64,000 nucleotides of DNA from an uncultured Spirochaetota bacterium (GTDB lineage Bacteria > Spirochaetota > Brevinematia > Brevinematales > JAOACQ01). The stretch lies in assembly GCA_963835575.1 (NCBI GenBank), contig CAWIGG010000004.1, positions 288,001-352,000 of the forward strand, given 5' to 3'. Below the pieces are notes generated by a model. It did not search any database. It was not told where the DNA came from and was given only the letters and a program-made list of their open reading frames with translations. Each line of letters starts with the position of its first letter. The stretch's first letter is position 1. Positions 1 to 9,878 of the stretch are shown here, piece after piece. Both the position numbers and the translations under genes were made by a program.

Positions 1-759
1 ATCAATGAATTGCGGAATAATTTTGAAACTTACCATGTCAGGGAAGCCGCTAAAACACTCATGGATATCGCGAGAATCGGAAATAAATATTTCGACGAGT
101 TGAAACCATGGGCATTAAAAAAGGGAAATCCTAAAAAAATGGACACATCGATGAATGTCTGCATGAATATTTTGAGGGTCCTCTCTGTCGCCATGTACCC
201 CTTTATGCCGGATTCAGCTCAAAAGCTCTGGAAAATGATCGGTGAAGAGGGCAATCTTGTTGATGAAAAATGGGATAAACTTGCCTCCGCACGCATTAAG
301 CCGGGGCAGAAGATCGGAGAACCGGAAATACTCTTTGTGAAATATGAAGATAAAATTATTCAAGAGCAGATCGACCATCTCCTGAAAAAATCAAATAGAG
401 CTTCCAAGCCTGCTTCTGAAAAAGTTTCTGAAACTGTAACAATAGATGATTTCAAGAAATTAGATTTAAGAGTCGCGGAAATTATAGAGGCGGCGCCCCT
501 TGAAAAATCCAACAAATTACTCAAATTGAAAGTCCGCGTCGGAGGGAATGAAAAGCAAATTCTTGCCGGGATAAAAGCTCATTATGCTCCCGAACAGCTT
601 GTTGGAAGAAAAGTCATCATCATTAATAATCTGGCGCCGGCAAAGCTGATGGGCGAAACGTCCGAGGGAATGCTTTTGGCCGCGAGCAGCGACGATCATA
701 CCAAAGTTATCTTCCTCACGCCTGAATCGGATATAGAAAGCGGCGCTAAAGTAAACTAA
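1..759 (+). CDS. metG: Methionyl-tRNA synthetase, C-terminal part (anticodon-binding helices plus Trbp111-like tRNA-binding domain); 5' end outside window
   Basis: GNKYFDELKPW, YPFMP and 'IDDFKKLDLRVA...NLAPAKLMGETSEGMLLAA' motifs; frame open from base 1. Confidence 0.95.
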   Translation: MNELRNNFETYHVREAAKTLMDIARIGNKYFDELKPWALKKGNPKKMDTSMNVCMNILRVLSVAMYPFMPDSAQKLWKMIGEEGNLVDEKWDKLASARIKPGQKIGEPEILFVKYEDKIIQEQIDHLLKKSNRASKPASEKVSETVTIDDFKKLDLRVAEIIEAAPLEKSNKLLKLKVRVGGNEKQILAGIKAHYAPEQLVGRKVIIINNLAPAKLMGETSEGMLLAASSDDHTKVIFLTPESDIESGAKVN

Positions 760-761
760 AA

Positions 762-1730
762 CTAAATATAAGCCGCTAAAGCCCTTTCAAGTCTTTTGAT
801 ATCATGCTCCGTGTGAAGCGTGCTGATAAAACCGGCATCTCCTTTCATTATAATTCCATATTTAAGAAGCTCAGTCGGAGTAAAAACCCGCTTTAATTTA
901 AAAATGCTTTTGTTCTGAAACGAAACTGCCGGGGAATGAATACTTTGGGTATTATAATTGAAAGGCCGCGTTCTAAAAAAATATTTCATTGTTTCCAATA
1001 TGGCAAGGGCTTTATAGGACGGGATATTTTCGCCTGGTATTTCCATGGCAGAGATAATTACTGCCGCGTCCATCCCATTCGCTATATTATTCGCGCTGAG
1101 TATAATTGGAATATCCTTTAAATTTCTGATGAAGCTTTTATTTAATCGGAAAGCGGCCCTGCTTTCAAAAGAACATTTCAATTCGGCCCGGCAGATTGAA
1201 TAATCGTATTCACTCAAATCCCCGTCAAAATCCAGGGGTTCAAAAATGAAGAGGTCATATACTTTATCTGCTTCGGCTTTTTCGATTTTCATTCCCGGAA
1301 AAATAACATTAAGCAGCCTCAGTAAAAAAACGGTATTGACCCCGGTTGATTGGGGTTTCAATGTATTGAAGAGCGAAATGAGAGCTGTCTGGATTGAATT
1401 ATAGAACGAAATACAATCAAATAAAGCGATTTCTTTAAATTGTTTTACCAGAGAATTATAAAACTTGCTTAAAAAACAGGTTGATGTCCCGGCAGAAATC
1501 CCATTCTTAATATAAGCCGTAAGAAGCGGGTTATTGTGCCCGCAGATAACCGAACCGTTGTTTAAATAAAAATCCGCATACTTGTTCCCGTCCAGATCAT
1601 AAACATACTGATTCTTTTCTTTTTTGACCACAACAGGCAGGCTTTTATCAAACAAAGAGTTTTTTAAAGAATTGATATGACTTTCCGAAAACCGGGTCAA
1701 AAAACTCTCGATTTGAGGAAATTCGGACAT
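762..1730 (-). CDS. Class III aminotransferase / HemL-like protein, apparently degenerate
   Basis: N-term 'YVYDLDGNKYADF..NGSVICGHNNP' and C-term 'FISTLHTEHDI' match the GSA-aminomutase fold; PLP-binding Asp and Lys motifs look substituted. Confidence 0.7.
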   Translation of the reverse strand: MSEFPQIESFLTRFSESHINSLKNSLFDKSLPVVVKKEKNQYVYDLDGNKYADFYLNNGSVICGHNNPLLTAYIKNGISAGTSTCFLSKFYNSLVKQFKEIALFDCISFYNSIQTALISLFNTLKPQSTGVNTVFLLRLLNVIFPGMKIEKAEADKVYDLFIFEPLDFDGDLSEYDYSICRAELKCSFESRAAFRLNKSFIRNLKDIPIILSANNIANGMDAAVIISAMEIPGENIPSYKALAILETMKYFFRTRPFNYNTQSIHSPAVSFQNKSIFKLKRVFTPTELLKYGIIMKGDAGFISTLHTEHDIKRLERALAAYI

Positions 1731-1753
1731 CTTTTCTCCCGTATCTTAATATT

Positions 1754-1924
1754 GTCATTTCTAAAAACTTAAAAAGTTTTTAGAAATGACTGTTATACCA
1801 AATATAGCAGCCGCTACATATGCTCCGCATACTTCACGCGGCTGCGTCGTTTTTATTTTCCTGAAGTTCATTTTATTTAGGCAGTTCCAAAAAATTTTAA
1901 GTTTTTGGAACTGCCTAAATAAAA
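1754..1924. repeat. Tri-hairpin intergenic repeat (family A) copy
   Basis: Palindromes gtcatttctaaaaac..gtttttagaaatgac and ttttatttaggcagttccaaaaa..tttttggaactgcctaaataaaa flank a gcagccgc..gcggctgc hairpin; homologous in reverse orientation to 54356-54521. Confidence 0.8.
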
Positions 1925-1954
1925 AAAGGGGCTGTCCGGAATAGAACAGCCCCT
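1921..1954 (-). terminator. Intrinsic terminator of rny
   Basis: ggggctgt-loop-acagcccc hairpin followed by a T-tract on the minus strand, just after the rny stop. Confidence 0.8.
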
Positions 1955-1962
1955 GAGTATGA

Positions 1963-3495
1963 TTACTTTGCGTATTCTATTACACGCGTTTCTCTTATGA
2001 GGGTCACTTTGATCTGACCGGGGTATTTCATCTCGTTCTCTATCTTATGCGCTATATCCTTGGCTAATATATAAGCCGTTTCATCATTCACGACTTCGCT
2101 CGCAACAAATACGCGCACCTCTCTTCCGGCCTGAATTGCATATGCCTTTTCAATCCCCTGGAAAGAAGTCGCGATATTCTCCAGGTTCTGGAGCCGCTTC
2201 AAATATTCTTCAAAGGATTCACGCCGCGCACCCGGCCTTGAGGCAGAAATGGCATCAGCAGCCATCACAATGGACGCTTCAATATACTTGAGTTCGGCTT
2301 CTCCATGGTGCGCCGCTATTGCGTTAACAATATTATCAGGCATGCCGTATTTGTGGGCAACTTCCGCTCCCACAAGAGAATGGACTCCTTCTCCGGTTGT
2401 TTTAATTCCTTTTCCAATATCATGGAGAAGTCCCGCCACTTTAGCATGATCGACATTAGTACGCAATTCACCGGCTATCATACCGGCAAAATTCGCGACT
2501 TCAATCGCATGATAATAAACATTCTGCCCATAGCTCGTTCTGTACTTAAGCCTTCCAATATAAGGATAAAGCTCTCTCGGCAGGCTGACTTTTAAATCAA
2601 GGCAGGCCTGTTTTCCGGCCTCAATAATCTCCTGAGTCATATCCTTTTCAACTTTAGCCGCAATCTCCTCAATCCTGGCAGGATGAATCCGCCCGTCTAC
2701 AATCAGTTTTTCAAGCGATTGCTTGGCTACTTCTCTCCTGTAAGGATCGAAGGAGGATATGATCACTACTTCCGGCGTATCGTCAATAATTAAATCCACA
2801 CCGGCGATGGATTCAAAGGCTCTGATATTTCTTCCCTCTCTACCGATGATTCTGCCTTTCATCTCATCATTGGGCAAGGTAACAGTAGAAATGGTCTTTT
2901 CCGCGGTGACTTCAGCCGCATTCCTCTGAATAGCAGAAACAACAATCTCACGCGCCTTTGATTCGCCCTGATCCCGGGCTTCATCTTCAATTTTCTTAAT
3001 AATATTGATAGAATCTCTCTTGGCTTCTTCAGTCATTTCCAATATGAGCTGTTGTTTTGCTTCGGCGGCCGTCATCTGCGCAACCCTCTCCAATTCATGA
3101 AGATGGCGCTCATAAGCTTTCTTTAACTCTTCCGACTTCCGCTTAAACTCCTTTTCCTCATTTTCCAGCTCTCTTTCTTTCTTCTCCAGAGATTCTATTC
3201 TTTTGTCCAGTGCATCTTCTTTCTGCACCAGACGGCGCTGAGCTTGCTGAAGTTCAAAATTCCTTTCTTTAAATTCTCTGTCTAACTGCTTTCTTTCTTC
3301 AATTACCTTGTCTTTGCCTTCAAGTAAAACTTCTCTTTTTCTGGCTTCCGCTTCCCTTTCCGCAGATTCCAGAATTTCCTTTACTTTTTCTTCGGCAGAT
3401 TCTAACCGGTACTTTGCGATGAGCTTCCTCACAAAGTAACCGGCAATACATCCAACTAAAAGAGAGGGGAGAGCCGTCAAAAATACGATCCACAT
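1963..3495 (-). CDS. rny: Ribonuclease Y
   Basis: N-terminal TM, coiled coil, KH domain (KGRIIGREGRNI), HD domain (LLHDIGK), C-term 'YAIQAGREVRV'. Confidence 0.98.
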   Translation of the reverse strand: MWIVFLTALPSLLVGCIAGYFVRKLIAKYRLESAEEKVKEILESAEREAEARKREVLLEGKDKVIEERKQLDREFKERNFELQQAQRRLVQKEDALDKRIESLEKKERELENEEKEFKRKSEELKKAYERHLHELERVAQMTAAEAKQQLILEMTEEAKRDSINIIKKIEDEARDQGESKAREIVVSAIQRNAAEVTAEKTISTVTLPNDEMKGRIIGREGRNIRAFESIAGVDLIIDDTPEVVIISSFDPYRREVAKQSLEKLIVDGRIHPARIEEIAAKVEKDMTQEIIEAGKQACLDLKVSLPRELYPYIGRLKYRTSYGQNVYYHAIEVANFAGMIAGELRTNVDHAKVAGLLHDIGKGIKTTGEGVHSLVGAEVAHKYGMPDNIVNAIAAHHGEAELKYIEASIVMAADAISASRPGARRESFEEYLKRLQNLENIATSFQGIEKAYAIQAGREVRVFVASEVVNDETAYILAKDIAHKIENEMKYPGQIKVTLIRETRVIEYAK

Positions 3496-3646
3496 ATACT
3501 TCCCCTACAAAATATTTACCATTTTCTTACTGTAATAATTTAAAATCAATTTCAATTACTGTCAAGGTATTGAACCTTTTTTTTGTTAAAAAGTTATTAA
3601 AACCATGTGCGCTTTTCCATCACAAAAGTCATTCCAGAATAGTCTC

Positions 3647-4246
3647 TTATTTATCAAGAACAGACCATATGCCGATTTTATGCTTCTGAGCGTATTTTTC
3701 AGCTTTTTTGAACTCTTTTTTATAGAAACGGACAGCATCAGAACCGGTTTCCCCAATAAAATAAGTTCTGGCCAGTCCGCTTTTTACCAGGTAAAAGTTT
3801 ACATTTGTCTCATTTAAAAAGATCAATCCCAGTAATCTGTTATAAATATCCTTTTGTTCCGTTAGCGGAAGTATTAAATCAATATCCTGATGAAAAGGCA
3901 AAAGCTCTTGAAGAGAGACTTTTGCCATTTCTCCCAGCTTTTTAATTTCAGATTTTTTGATTGTATTTCCCCTGGAACGAAGCGAAAGCATTCCGCGCTC
4001 AAGGCGGGAATTATTCCATGTTTCCAGAGTATCAATGAATAAAAACCTTACATAATTAGTCTCAAATTGAGCGCCATTGCTTTCATTATTATGCTCAATA
4101 ATAATGGTATCACCGTCAATGACGCGCAAAACCCTGGCTTTCATACTGATTATACCTGGAGAAGGATATTTAATATTCAAATCATCAGAGAGGCCGCTGT
4201 TTAGAGAACTTATTAATATTATAAATAAAAAGATTAGAAACTTCAT
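3647..4246 (-). CDS. Thermonuclease (SNase) family exported nuclease
   Basis: Signal peptide; 'RVIDGDTI', 'VRFLFIDTLE', 'DIYNRLL', 'AQKHKIGIW' motifs. Confidence 0.9.
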   Translation of the reverse strand: MKFLIFLFIILISSLNSGLSDDLNIKYPSPGIISMKARVLRVIDGDTIIIEHNNESNGAQFETNYVRFLFIDTLETWNNSRLERGMLSLRSRGNTIKKSEIKKLGEMAKVSLQELLPFHQDIDLILPLTEQKDIYNRLLGLIFLNETNVNFYLVKSGLARTYFIGETGSDAVRFYKKEFKKAEKYAQKHKIGIWSVLDK

Positions 4247-4261
4247 CCCGCAGAGTATCTA

Positions 4262-5137
4262 TCAATCTTTATTTTTAAAAAATATATTCATGAATTTCTG
4301 CCATCCGGTATGATCATCCGAAACTTCCATATTCAATACCCTTCTCGCAATATGGTTGACGCAAACCGCAACATTTGAATGCGGATCCAATACGACAAAA
4401 GGCGTCTGCTTCCGGACCGCTTCGCCGATCAGAGGGTCTTCGTATATAAAGCCGAAATTATCTATTTTAATATTCAGGAACTGGGCGCAGATATCGATGA
4501 TCTTTTTTGATACTTTATTTGCCTCGATATTGGTCCTCACCCGGTTTAAAACCAGCTTGATATTTGGGCTTTCGGATTCAGTCACAATCGCTTTTATAAT
4601 ACCGTAAGCGTCGGTCATGGAAGTCGGTTCAGGCGTTGTTATAACTATGGTTTCATGCGCGGCCAGTACAAATGACAGTACATTTTTCGATATGCCCGCG
4701 GACGTATCAATTATAATATAATCCGCGTAGCTGATCTCTTTGAGCGCGTCTATCAGGTTCTGCTTTTCCTCATCTTTAAGATTGGCAAGCTGGGTAAAGC
4801 CGGAAGCGCCGCCGATAATATCCACGCCCACCTCTGTTTTATAAATAATTTCAGACATCTTCTTCTGCCCTTTCATGACATGATAAAGGTTATGTTTCGG
4901 AATCAGTCCTAATAAGACATGAATATTGGCAAGCCCGAGATCGGCATCAAATACGATCACTTTTTTAGGATGATCTTTCATATTGGCCAGGCTTATTCCC
5001 AGGTTCAGGGCAAAACTGCTTTTTCCCACGCCGCCTTTACCTGAAGTAATGGAAATAATCTGCGTGTTTGATCTGGGAAAACCACCCATCATCCGCCTTA
5101 ATCCCTCAGCCTGATCCGGCCCCAGAATGGTTGACAT
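4262..5137 (-). CDS. flhG: FlhG/FleN MinD-like ATPase
   Basis: DQAEGLR motif, SGKGGVGKS, DADLGLAN; follows flhF. Confidence 0.95.
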   Translation of the reverse strand: MSTILGPDQAEGLRRMMGGFPRSNTQIISITSGKGGVGKSSFALNLGISLANMKDHPKKVIVFDADLGLANIHVLLGLIPKHNLYHVMKGQKKMSEIIYKTEVGVDIIGGASGFTQLANLKDEEKQNLIDALKEISYADYIIIDTSAGISKNVLSFVLAAHETIVITTPEPTSMTDAYGIIKAIVTESESPNIKLVLNRVRTNIEANKVSKKIIDICAQFLNIKIDNFGFIYEDPLIGEAVRKQTPFVVLDPHSNVAVCVNHIARRVLNMEVSDDHTGWQKFMNIFFKNKD

Positions 5138-5189
5138 AACGGTACCTCAAAGTATTATTTATTTACAAAAAAAAGCTTTTGTTCAGAGT

Positions 5190-5300
5190 CATGCTGCCGC
5201 CCGAGTTCTTGCGAACTCTACACGGCAGCAGAATTAACATTATCCAAAAAGTCATTTATAACAGGAACAATTTCAAAAATTATTAATTTTTGAAATTGTT
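5190..5300. repeat. Partial family A repeat between flhF and flhG
   Basis: gctgccg..cggcagc hairpin with inner gagttc..gaactc, plus palindrome acaatttcaaaaat..atttttgaaattgt; similar layout to 1754-1924. Confidence 0.55.
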
Positions 5301-5301
5301 C

Positions 5302-6597
5302 TTATTTTAATGAATCGGCAATTAACCGATCTACATTAGCAATTTCAAAGTCTTCCGGCACTCCCTGGCCGTTTGTTATGAATGAAAGCGGTTTTTTAGT
5401 CTGGTAAAGCGAAGAAACGATTGAGCCCAGGTATACTGTCTCGTCCAGCTTTGTCGCGATGATGTGAGAAAAATCAAGGCATGAATAACTGTTCACGACC
5501 AGATCCAGGTCTTTAGGCTTGGTGGTAGCGCTGACGACAAGATGAATGTCAAATTTATGTTTTGCTTTTTTCAGCCAATCCGACAGCTCTTTAATCACAA
5601 CGGCGTCTTTCGGGCTTTTCCCGGCGGTATCGATAAAAGTATAATGCGTCTCATCCTGCTCCAGAAGCTCATAAAACTGATCTTCCTTATTGATCGGGTA
5701 AAAAGGCGCTTTCATCAGGTCTGAATATGTTTTAAGCTGTGAGTCCGCCCCAACTTTGTATCTGTCGATGGAAATAAAACGGAGAGACTTCTGGCGTATT
5801 ACGGCTATATGGGCCGCCATTTTGATAATGCTCACGGTTTTTCCCACACCGGTTGGTCCCACAAAGAGAATATTTTTGCCGTTATTATAATTCTCCATCA
5901 GGATATCTTCCCTGTTGATATTTGCCTTCAGGAAGTCGCGGATCGTTGTCAGCACCTGCGCTTTATCAATCAGGACATCATTTTTCTGCATTTTCAGATA
6001 TTCCTGGATATCATGAATAACCTGGGGATGAAATTCCCTTTCCCTGAGGAATTCCTCGGCCCATTGAATATTTTTCTGCGAAATCTCCAGGTCCTGCATG
6101 ATCTTTTTTTTGTTTTCAAGGGACGTGTTCCTGGTATTTTTCATCAATCCCTCTTTGATCTCATCAAATTCATTCTTGATATAACTCTGGATCTGTTCTA
6201 GCGAGCTCTTCAGGTTCTGGACTTCTTCCTCCAGTTTCTTGTTTTTTTCGGCTTCTGCAAGAATATGCTTCGCGTTTAAAAGAGAAGATGATGGCGCCGG
6301 TCTTTTATAATTTGCCATCATGTCGGCGGTATTACTCTCGTCATCTTTAAAAAGAGTGGGCTGGAGCACATTTTTCTTAACGCTTGATCTTTTCTCCCTT
6401 TCAAGTATCCTGGTTTCGTCTATACATGCCGTGGCAATCCAGACTGTTTCCTTTCTTAAGCCTAAAAATCTTCTCCTCTCCTCAGGATAAGTCCTTATGA
6501 GCATGGTTTCTTTGATTCTGTTTTCTACCCGGGCGGCCATAAACATTTTATCAACAGCTTCCTGCTTGGTCTTCCCTTCATAAATGGCATACCTCAT
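5302..6597 (-). CDS. flhF: Flagellar SRP-family GTPase FlhF
   Basis: GPTGVGKT, DTAG, TKLDET, GQGVPED motifs; between flhA and flhG. Confidence 0.95.
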   Translation of the reverse strand: MRYAIYEGKTKQEAVDKMFMAARVENRIKETMLIRTYPEERRRFLGLRKETVWIATACIDETRILEREKRSSVKKNVLQPTLFKDDESNTADMMANYKRPAPSSSLLNAKHILAEAEKNKKLEEEVQNLKSSLEQIQSYIKNEFDEIKEGLMKNTRNTSLENKKKIMQDLEISQKNIQWAEEFLREREFHPQVIHDIQEYLKMQKNDVLIDKAQVLTTIRDFLKANINREDILMENYNNGKNILFVGPTGVGKTVSIIKMAAHIAVIRQKSLRFISIDRYKVGADSQLKTYSDLMKAPFYPINKEDQFYELLEQDETHYTFIDTAGKSPKDAVVIKELSDWLKKAKHKFDIHLVVSATTKPKDLDLVVNSYSCLDFSHIIATKLDETVYLGSIVSSLYQTKKPLSFITNGQGVPEDFEIANVDRLIADSLK

Positions 6598-6618
6598 AAA
6601 AACAACTCCTCAAGAATT

Positions 6619-8694
6619 TTACATGACAATATTAATGATCCCAATCTGGTCCAGCGTATAATTAGTCGGTATCTCGGAATATGATAAAACCCCGATAGTC
6701 GGGAAAGATCTTTCTATGAGTTCCCTTACCAGCCTCCGTATCTTCTGGGAAGAAAGAATGACCGGCTGACGGCCTGTTTTAATGACTCCTTCTATAACCT
6801 GGCTCGCTTCCGTAATAAATCTATTGACGACTTCCGGCTCGAGTGTCGAAACAAGGCCCTGGGGCGTTTCATGGATCGAATCGGTAAAGATCTGCTCAAG
6901 CTCCGGATCTATAACAATGGCCCTGAGGCTGTTTGTTTCATCCACATAATTTGACGAGATCTGCTTGCCGAGGGCCTGCCGCACATATTCAGTAATCAGA
7001 TCAATATTCTTGATGCTCCCGCCGTAATCCGAGATTGTTTCCAGGATCGTCAGCATATTTCTGATCTTAACGCCTTCCTTAAGCAGATTCTGGAGCACTT
7101 TCTGTATCTCCCCGACGCTGGAATGCTTTAACGCTTCTTCAGTCACGACAGGATATTCCTTTTGAAGCGCGTCAATCATCGATTTTACATCCTGCCTTGT
7201 CAAAAGCTCTCCGGCGTTCTTTTTGATAATTTCGGTAATATGGGTCGCTATAACCGACGGCGGGTCAAAAATATCAAACCCAAGGGATTCCGCCTTTGCC
7301 CTTTCCTCATTTGCGATCCACTTGGCATCCAGCCCGAATGCCGGCTCCTTAACCTCGATGCCCTCAATCTGCTTTAAATCCAGCTTGGGATTCATTGCCA
7401 GAAAGCGGTTTACATAGATTTTCCCGCGGGCTACTTCCGAGCCCCTTATTTTTAAAATATACTCCGCCGCATCAATCCCCACGTTATCTATGATCCGGAT
7501 CGGGGGCACAAGAATACCCAGGTCAAGCCCGATACGCCGCCGGATAAGTTTTATCCTGTCCAGCAGGTCGCCCCCTTGTTCTTTGTCAACCAGCGGAATG
7601 AGATTGTATCCGATCTCGAGGTTCATCGGGTCTATCCTGACAATATCCTCAACCGTTGTTGTCTGATCCGTTGCCTGCTTTGATTTTGAGCTTTCCACTT
7701 CCTTTTTCTTTGTATTAGCACGGATGGAAGCACTCATTGAATAACCAATACCTAATAATAATCCGCCTATCGCAAGATTTGTGATTATCGGGAAACCCGG
7801 CAGGAAACCCAGGAATGCTATAAAACTGCCGGCTATGTACAGGACTTTCGGCGCTATGCCGATCTGGGTCACCACATCCCTTCCGAATTTCTCTCTCGAA
7901 GCCGTCCTTGTCACTATTATACCTGTTGCTGTCGCCACCAGAAGGGAAGGTATCTGCGAAATAAGTCCATCTCCAACCGTCAGAAGTGTGTAAGTTTGCG
8001 CGGCTGTACCTATATCTTCACCGCGAATAACAACACCGGTTATCAAACCGACAATGATATTGACAAGCGTAATCACAAAGGCGACTTTCACATTACCGGA
8101 AACAAATTTGGACAAACCGTCCATGGCTCCGTAAAAATCCGCTTCCAGCCTGATCTCGTCCCTTCTTTTACGCGCTTCATCCTCTGTTATCAAACCGGCA
8201 TTTAAATCCTCGTTTATAGAAAGCTGTTTGCCGGGAAGCGCATCAAGCGTAAAACGCGCAGCGACTTCTGAAACACGCGAAGCGCCTTTTGTGATGACAA
8301 GGAACTGTATTGCTATTAAAACAATGAATATGGTAATACCAACTATATAATTGCCGCCGACAACAAATTCACCGAACGCCCTGATAACCCTGCCGTCAAA
8401 AGCAGCCCCCAGCGTCAGAATCAGACGCGTCGCCGAGACATTCAGCCCCAGGCCGAAAATAGTTGTCAGGAGAATCAGCGAAGGAAAAGCGGAAAAGTCG
8501 GACGGTTTCTTGACATACATTGTGCTGAGAATAATCATTATGGAAATGGCCAGATTTATAATGAGCAGTATATCCAGGACAAATGTTGGGATCGGAATGA
8601 TCAGCATCATGACAACCACAATAAGGGAAATCGCCACAAAAATATCAACATTATCCTTGAGCCTGATCAAACCCTGCCCGGGTGTTGCCGCCAT
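6619..8694 (-). CDS. flhA: Flagellar export gate protein FlhA
   Basis: FHIPEP motif 'RVSEVAARFTLDALPGKQ', 'FYGAMDG'. Confidence 0.98.
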   Translation of the reverse strand: MAATPGQGLIRLKDNVDIFVAISLIVVVMMLIIPIPTFVLDILLIINLAISIMIILSTMYVKKPSDFSAFPSLILLTTIFGLGLNVSATRLILTLGAAFDGRVIRAFGEFVVGGNYIVGITIFIVLIAIQFLVITKGASRVSEVAARFTLDALPGKQLSINEDLNAGLITEDEARKRRDEIRLEADFYGAMDGLSKFVSGNVKVAFVITLVNIIVGLITGVVIRGEDIGTAAQTYTLLTVGDGLISQIPSLLVATATGIIVTRTASREKFGRDVVTQIGIAPKVLYIAGSFIAFLGFLPGFPIITNLAIGGLLLGIGYSMSASIRANTKKKEVESSKSKQATDQTTTVEDIVRIDPMNLEIGYNLIPLVDKEQGGDLLDRIKLIRRRIGLDLGILVPPIRIIDNVGIDAAEYILKIRGSEVARGKIYVNRFLAMNPKLDLKQIEGIEVKEPAFGLDAKWIANEERAKAESLGFDIFDPPSVIATHITEIIKKNAGELLTRQDVKSMIDALQKEYPVVTEEALKHSSVGEIQKVLQNLLKEGVKIRNMLTILETISDYGGSIKNIDLITEYVRQALGKQISSNYVDETNSLRAIVIDPELEQIFTDSIHETPQGLVSTLEPEVVNRFITEASQVIEGVIKTGRQPVILSSQKIRRLVRELIERSFPTIGVLSYSEIPTNYTLDQIGIINIVM

Positions 8695-8708
8695 ACTTTA
8701 ATCCTCCG

Positions 8709-9875
8709 CTATGCCGCCACGCTCTCGCGCATCTGATAAACGAGAGAGAGCACTTTCGCCACAGCCATAAAAAGCTCCGCCGGTATTTCCTGGCCGACCT
8801 CGACTTTTTTATAAATCTCTCTTGCCAGCGGTTTATTTTCTATTACATAAACATTATTATCCTTTGCGATCTGCTTGATCCTTTCGGCAATCGGGCCTTC
8901 GCCTTTCGCTATAACAAGCGGCGCGTTCATAAAGCTCGGTTCATATTTCAAAGCCACGGCTATATGCGTCGGGTTGGTTATGACCACGTCCGCCTTCGGT
9001 ATTTCCTGGATCATCTTGCGCGATAGAAGTCTTCTTTCCAGTTCACGGATCTTCGCCTTTATTTCAGGGTCTCCTTCCATTTCCTTAAACTCTTCCTTGA
9101 TTTCCTGTTTGGTCATCCTTAATGATTCAATATAAATCCAGCGCTGAAAAGCGTAATCCCCGACGGCGAAAATAAGCAGGAGAATCCCTGAAAAACTGAC
9201 AAACTGGAACATGATCGACCAGATCAGTTTAAAAGCGTCCAGAACATCCATCCTGGCGATTGAGATCATCTCCGAGAGCCTCTGATTTATAATAATAAAA
9301 GCAATGACAAAAACACCAGTCACTTTCAGGATCGACTTAGCAAGATTAAAGATCGCTTCTCTTGACCAGAACATCTTGATAAAATTGGGGCCGATATTTG
9401 AGAAAATCTTGCCGATATTAAAATTGATCTTTTTTGTCGAAAATACAATCCCGCCCTGGATAAGACTTCCGGCGACCGCCGCCACAACACCGACAAGCAT
9501 CAGAGGCAGGACGCTGGAAGAGGAAAGCCAGAGCATATCAAGAAAGAACGGCATGACGCTGTTGACGCTTACTTTTATAGTGAGAAGATTTTCAACATAG
9601 TAGCGCATGATCCGGATGAGGGAATTAAAAATAAACCCGCCGATAATGCATACGGTCCAGAAACCCATCAAAAAAACTATGATCGCGGTGAGTTCCTGCG
9701 ACCGCGGGATATTTCCTTCCTCACGGGCTTTCCGCTTTTTATATTCTGTGGGTTCTTCGGTTCTTCCCTCATCTTCAGCGGCAAAAAGCTGCAGGTCAAA
9801 TTCAAAGTTATTTAAGTATGCCTCATCATAAAGCATCAGCCATTTTAATTTTTCACTATATATCATAATCCTCAT
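8709..9875 (-). CDS. flhB: Flagellar export protein FlhB (start codon uncertain)
   Basis: TEEPT, KEMEGDP and NPTH autocleavage motif. Confidence 0.97.
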   Translation of the reverse strand: MRIMIYSEKLKWLMLYDEAYLNNFEFDLQLFAAEDEGRTEEPTEYKKRKAREEGNIPRSQELTAIIVFLMGFWTVCIIGGFIFNSLIRIMRYYVENLLTIKVSVNSVMPFFLDMLWLSSSSVLPLMLVGVVAAVAGSLIQGGIVFSTKKINFNIGKIFSNIGPNFIKMFWSREAIFNLAKSILKVTGVFVIAFIIINQRLSEMISIARMDVLDAFKLIWSIMFQFVSFSGILLLIFAVGDYAFQRWIYIESLRMTKQEIKEEFKEMEGDPEIKAKIRELERRLLSRKMIQEIPKADVVITNPTHIAVALKYEPSFMNAPLVIAKGEGPIAERIKQIAKDNNVYVIENKPLAREIYKKVEVGQEIPAELFMAVAKVLSLVYQMRESVAA

Positions 9876-9878
9876 CCA

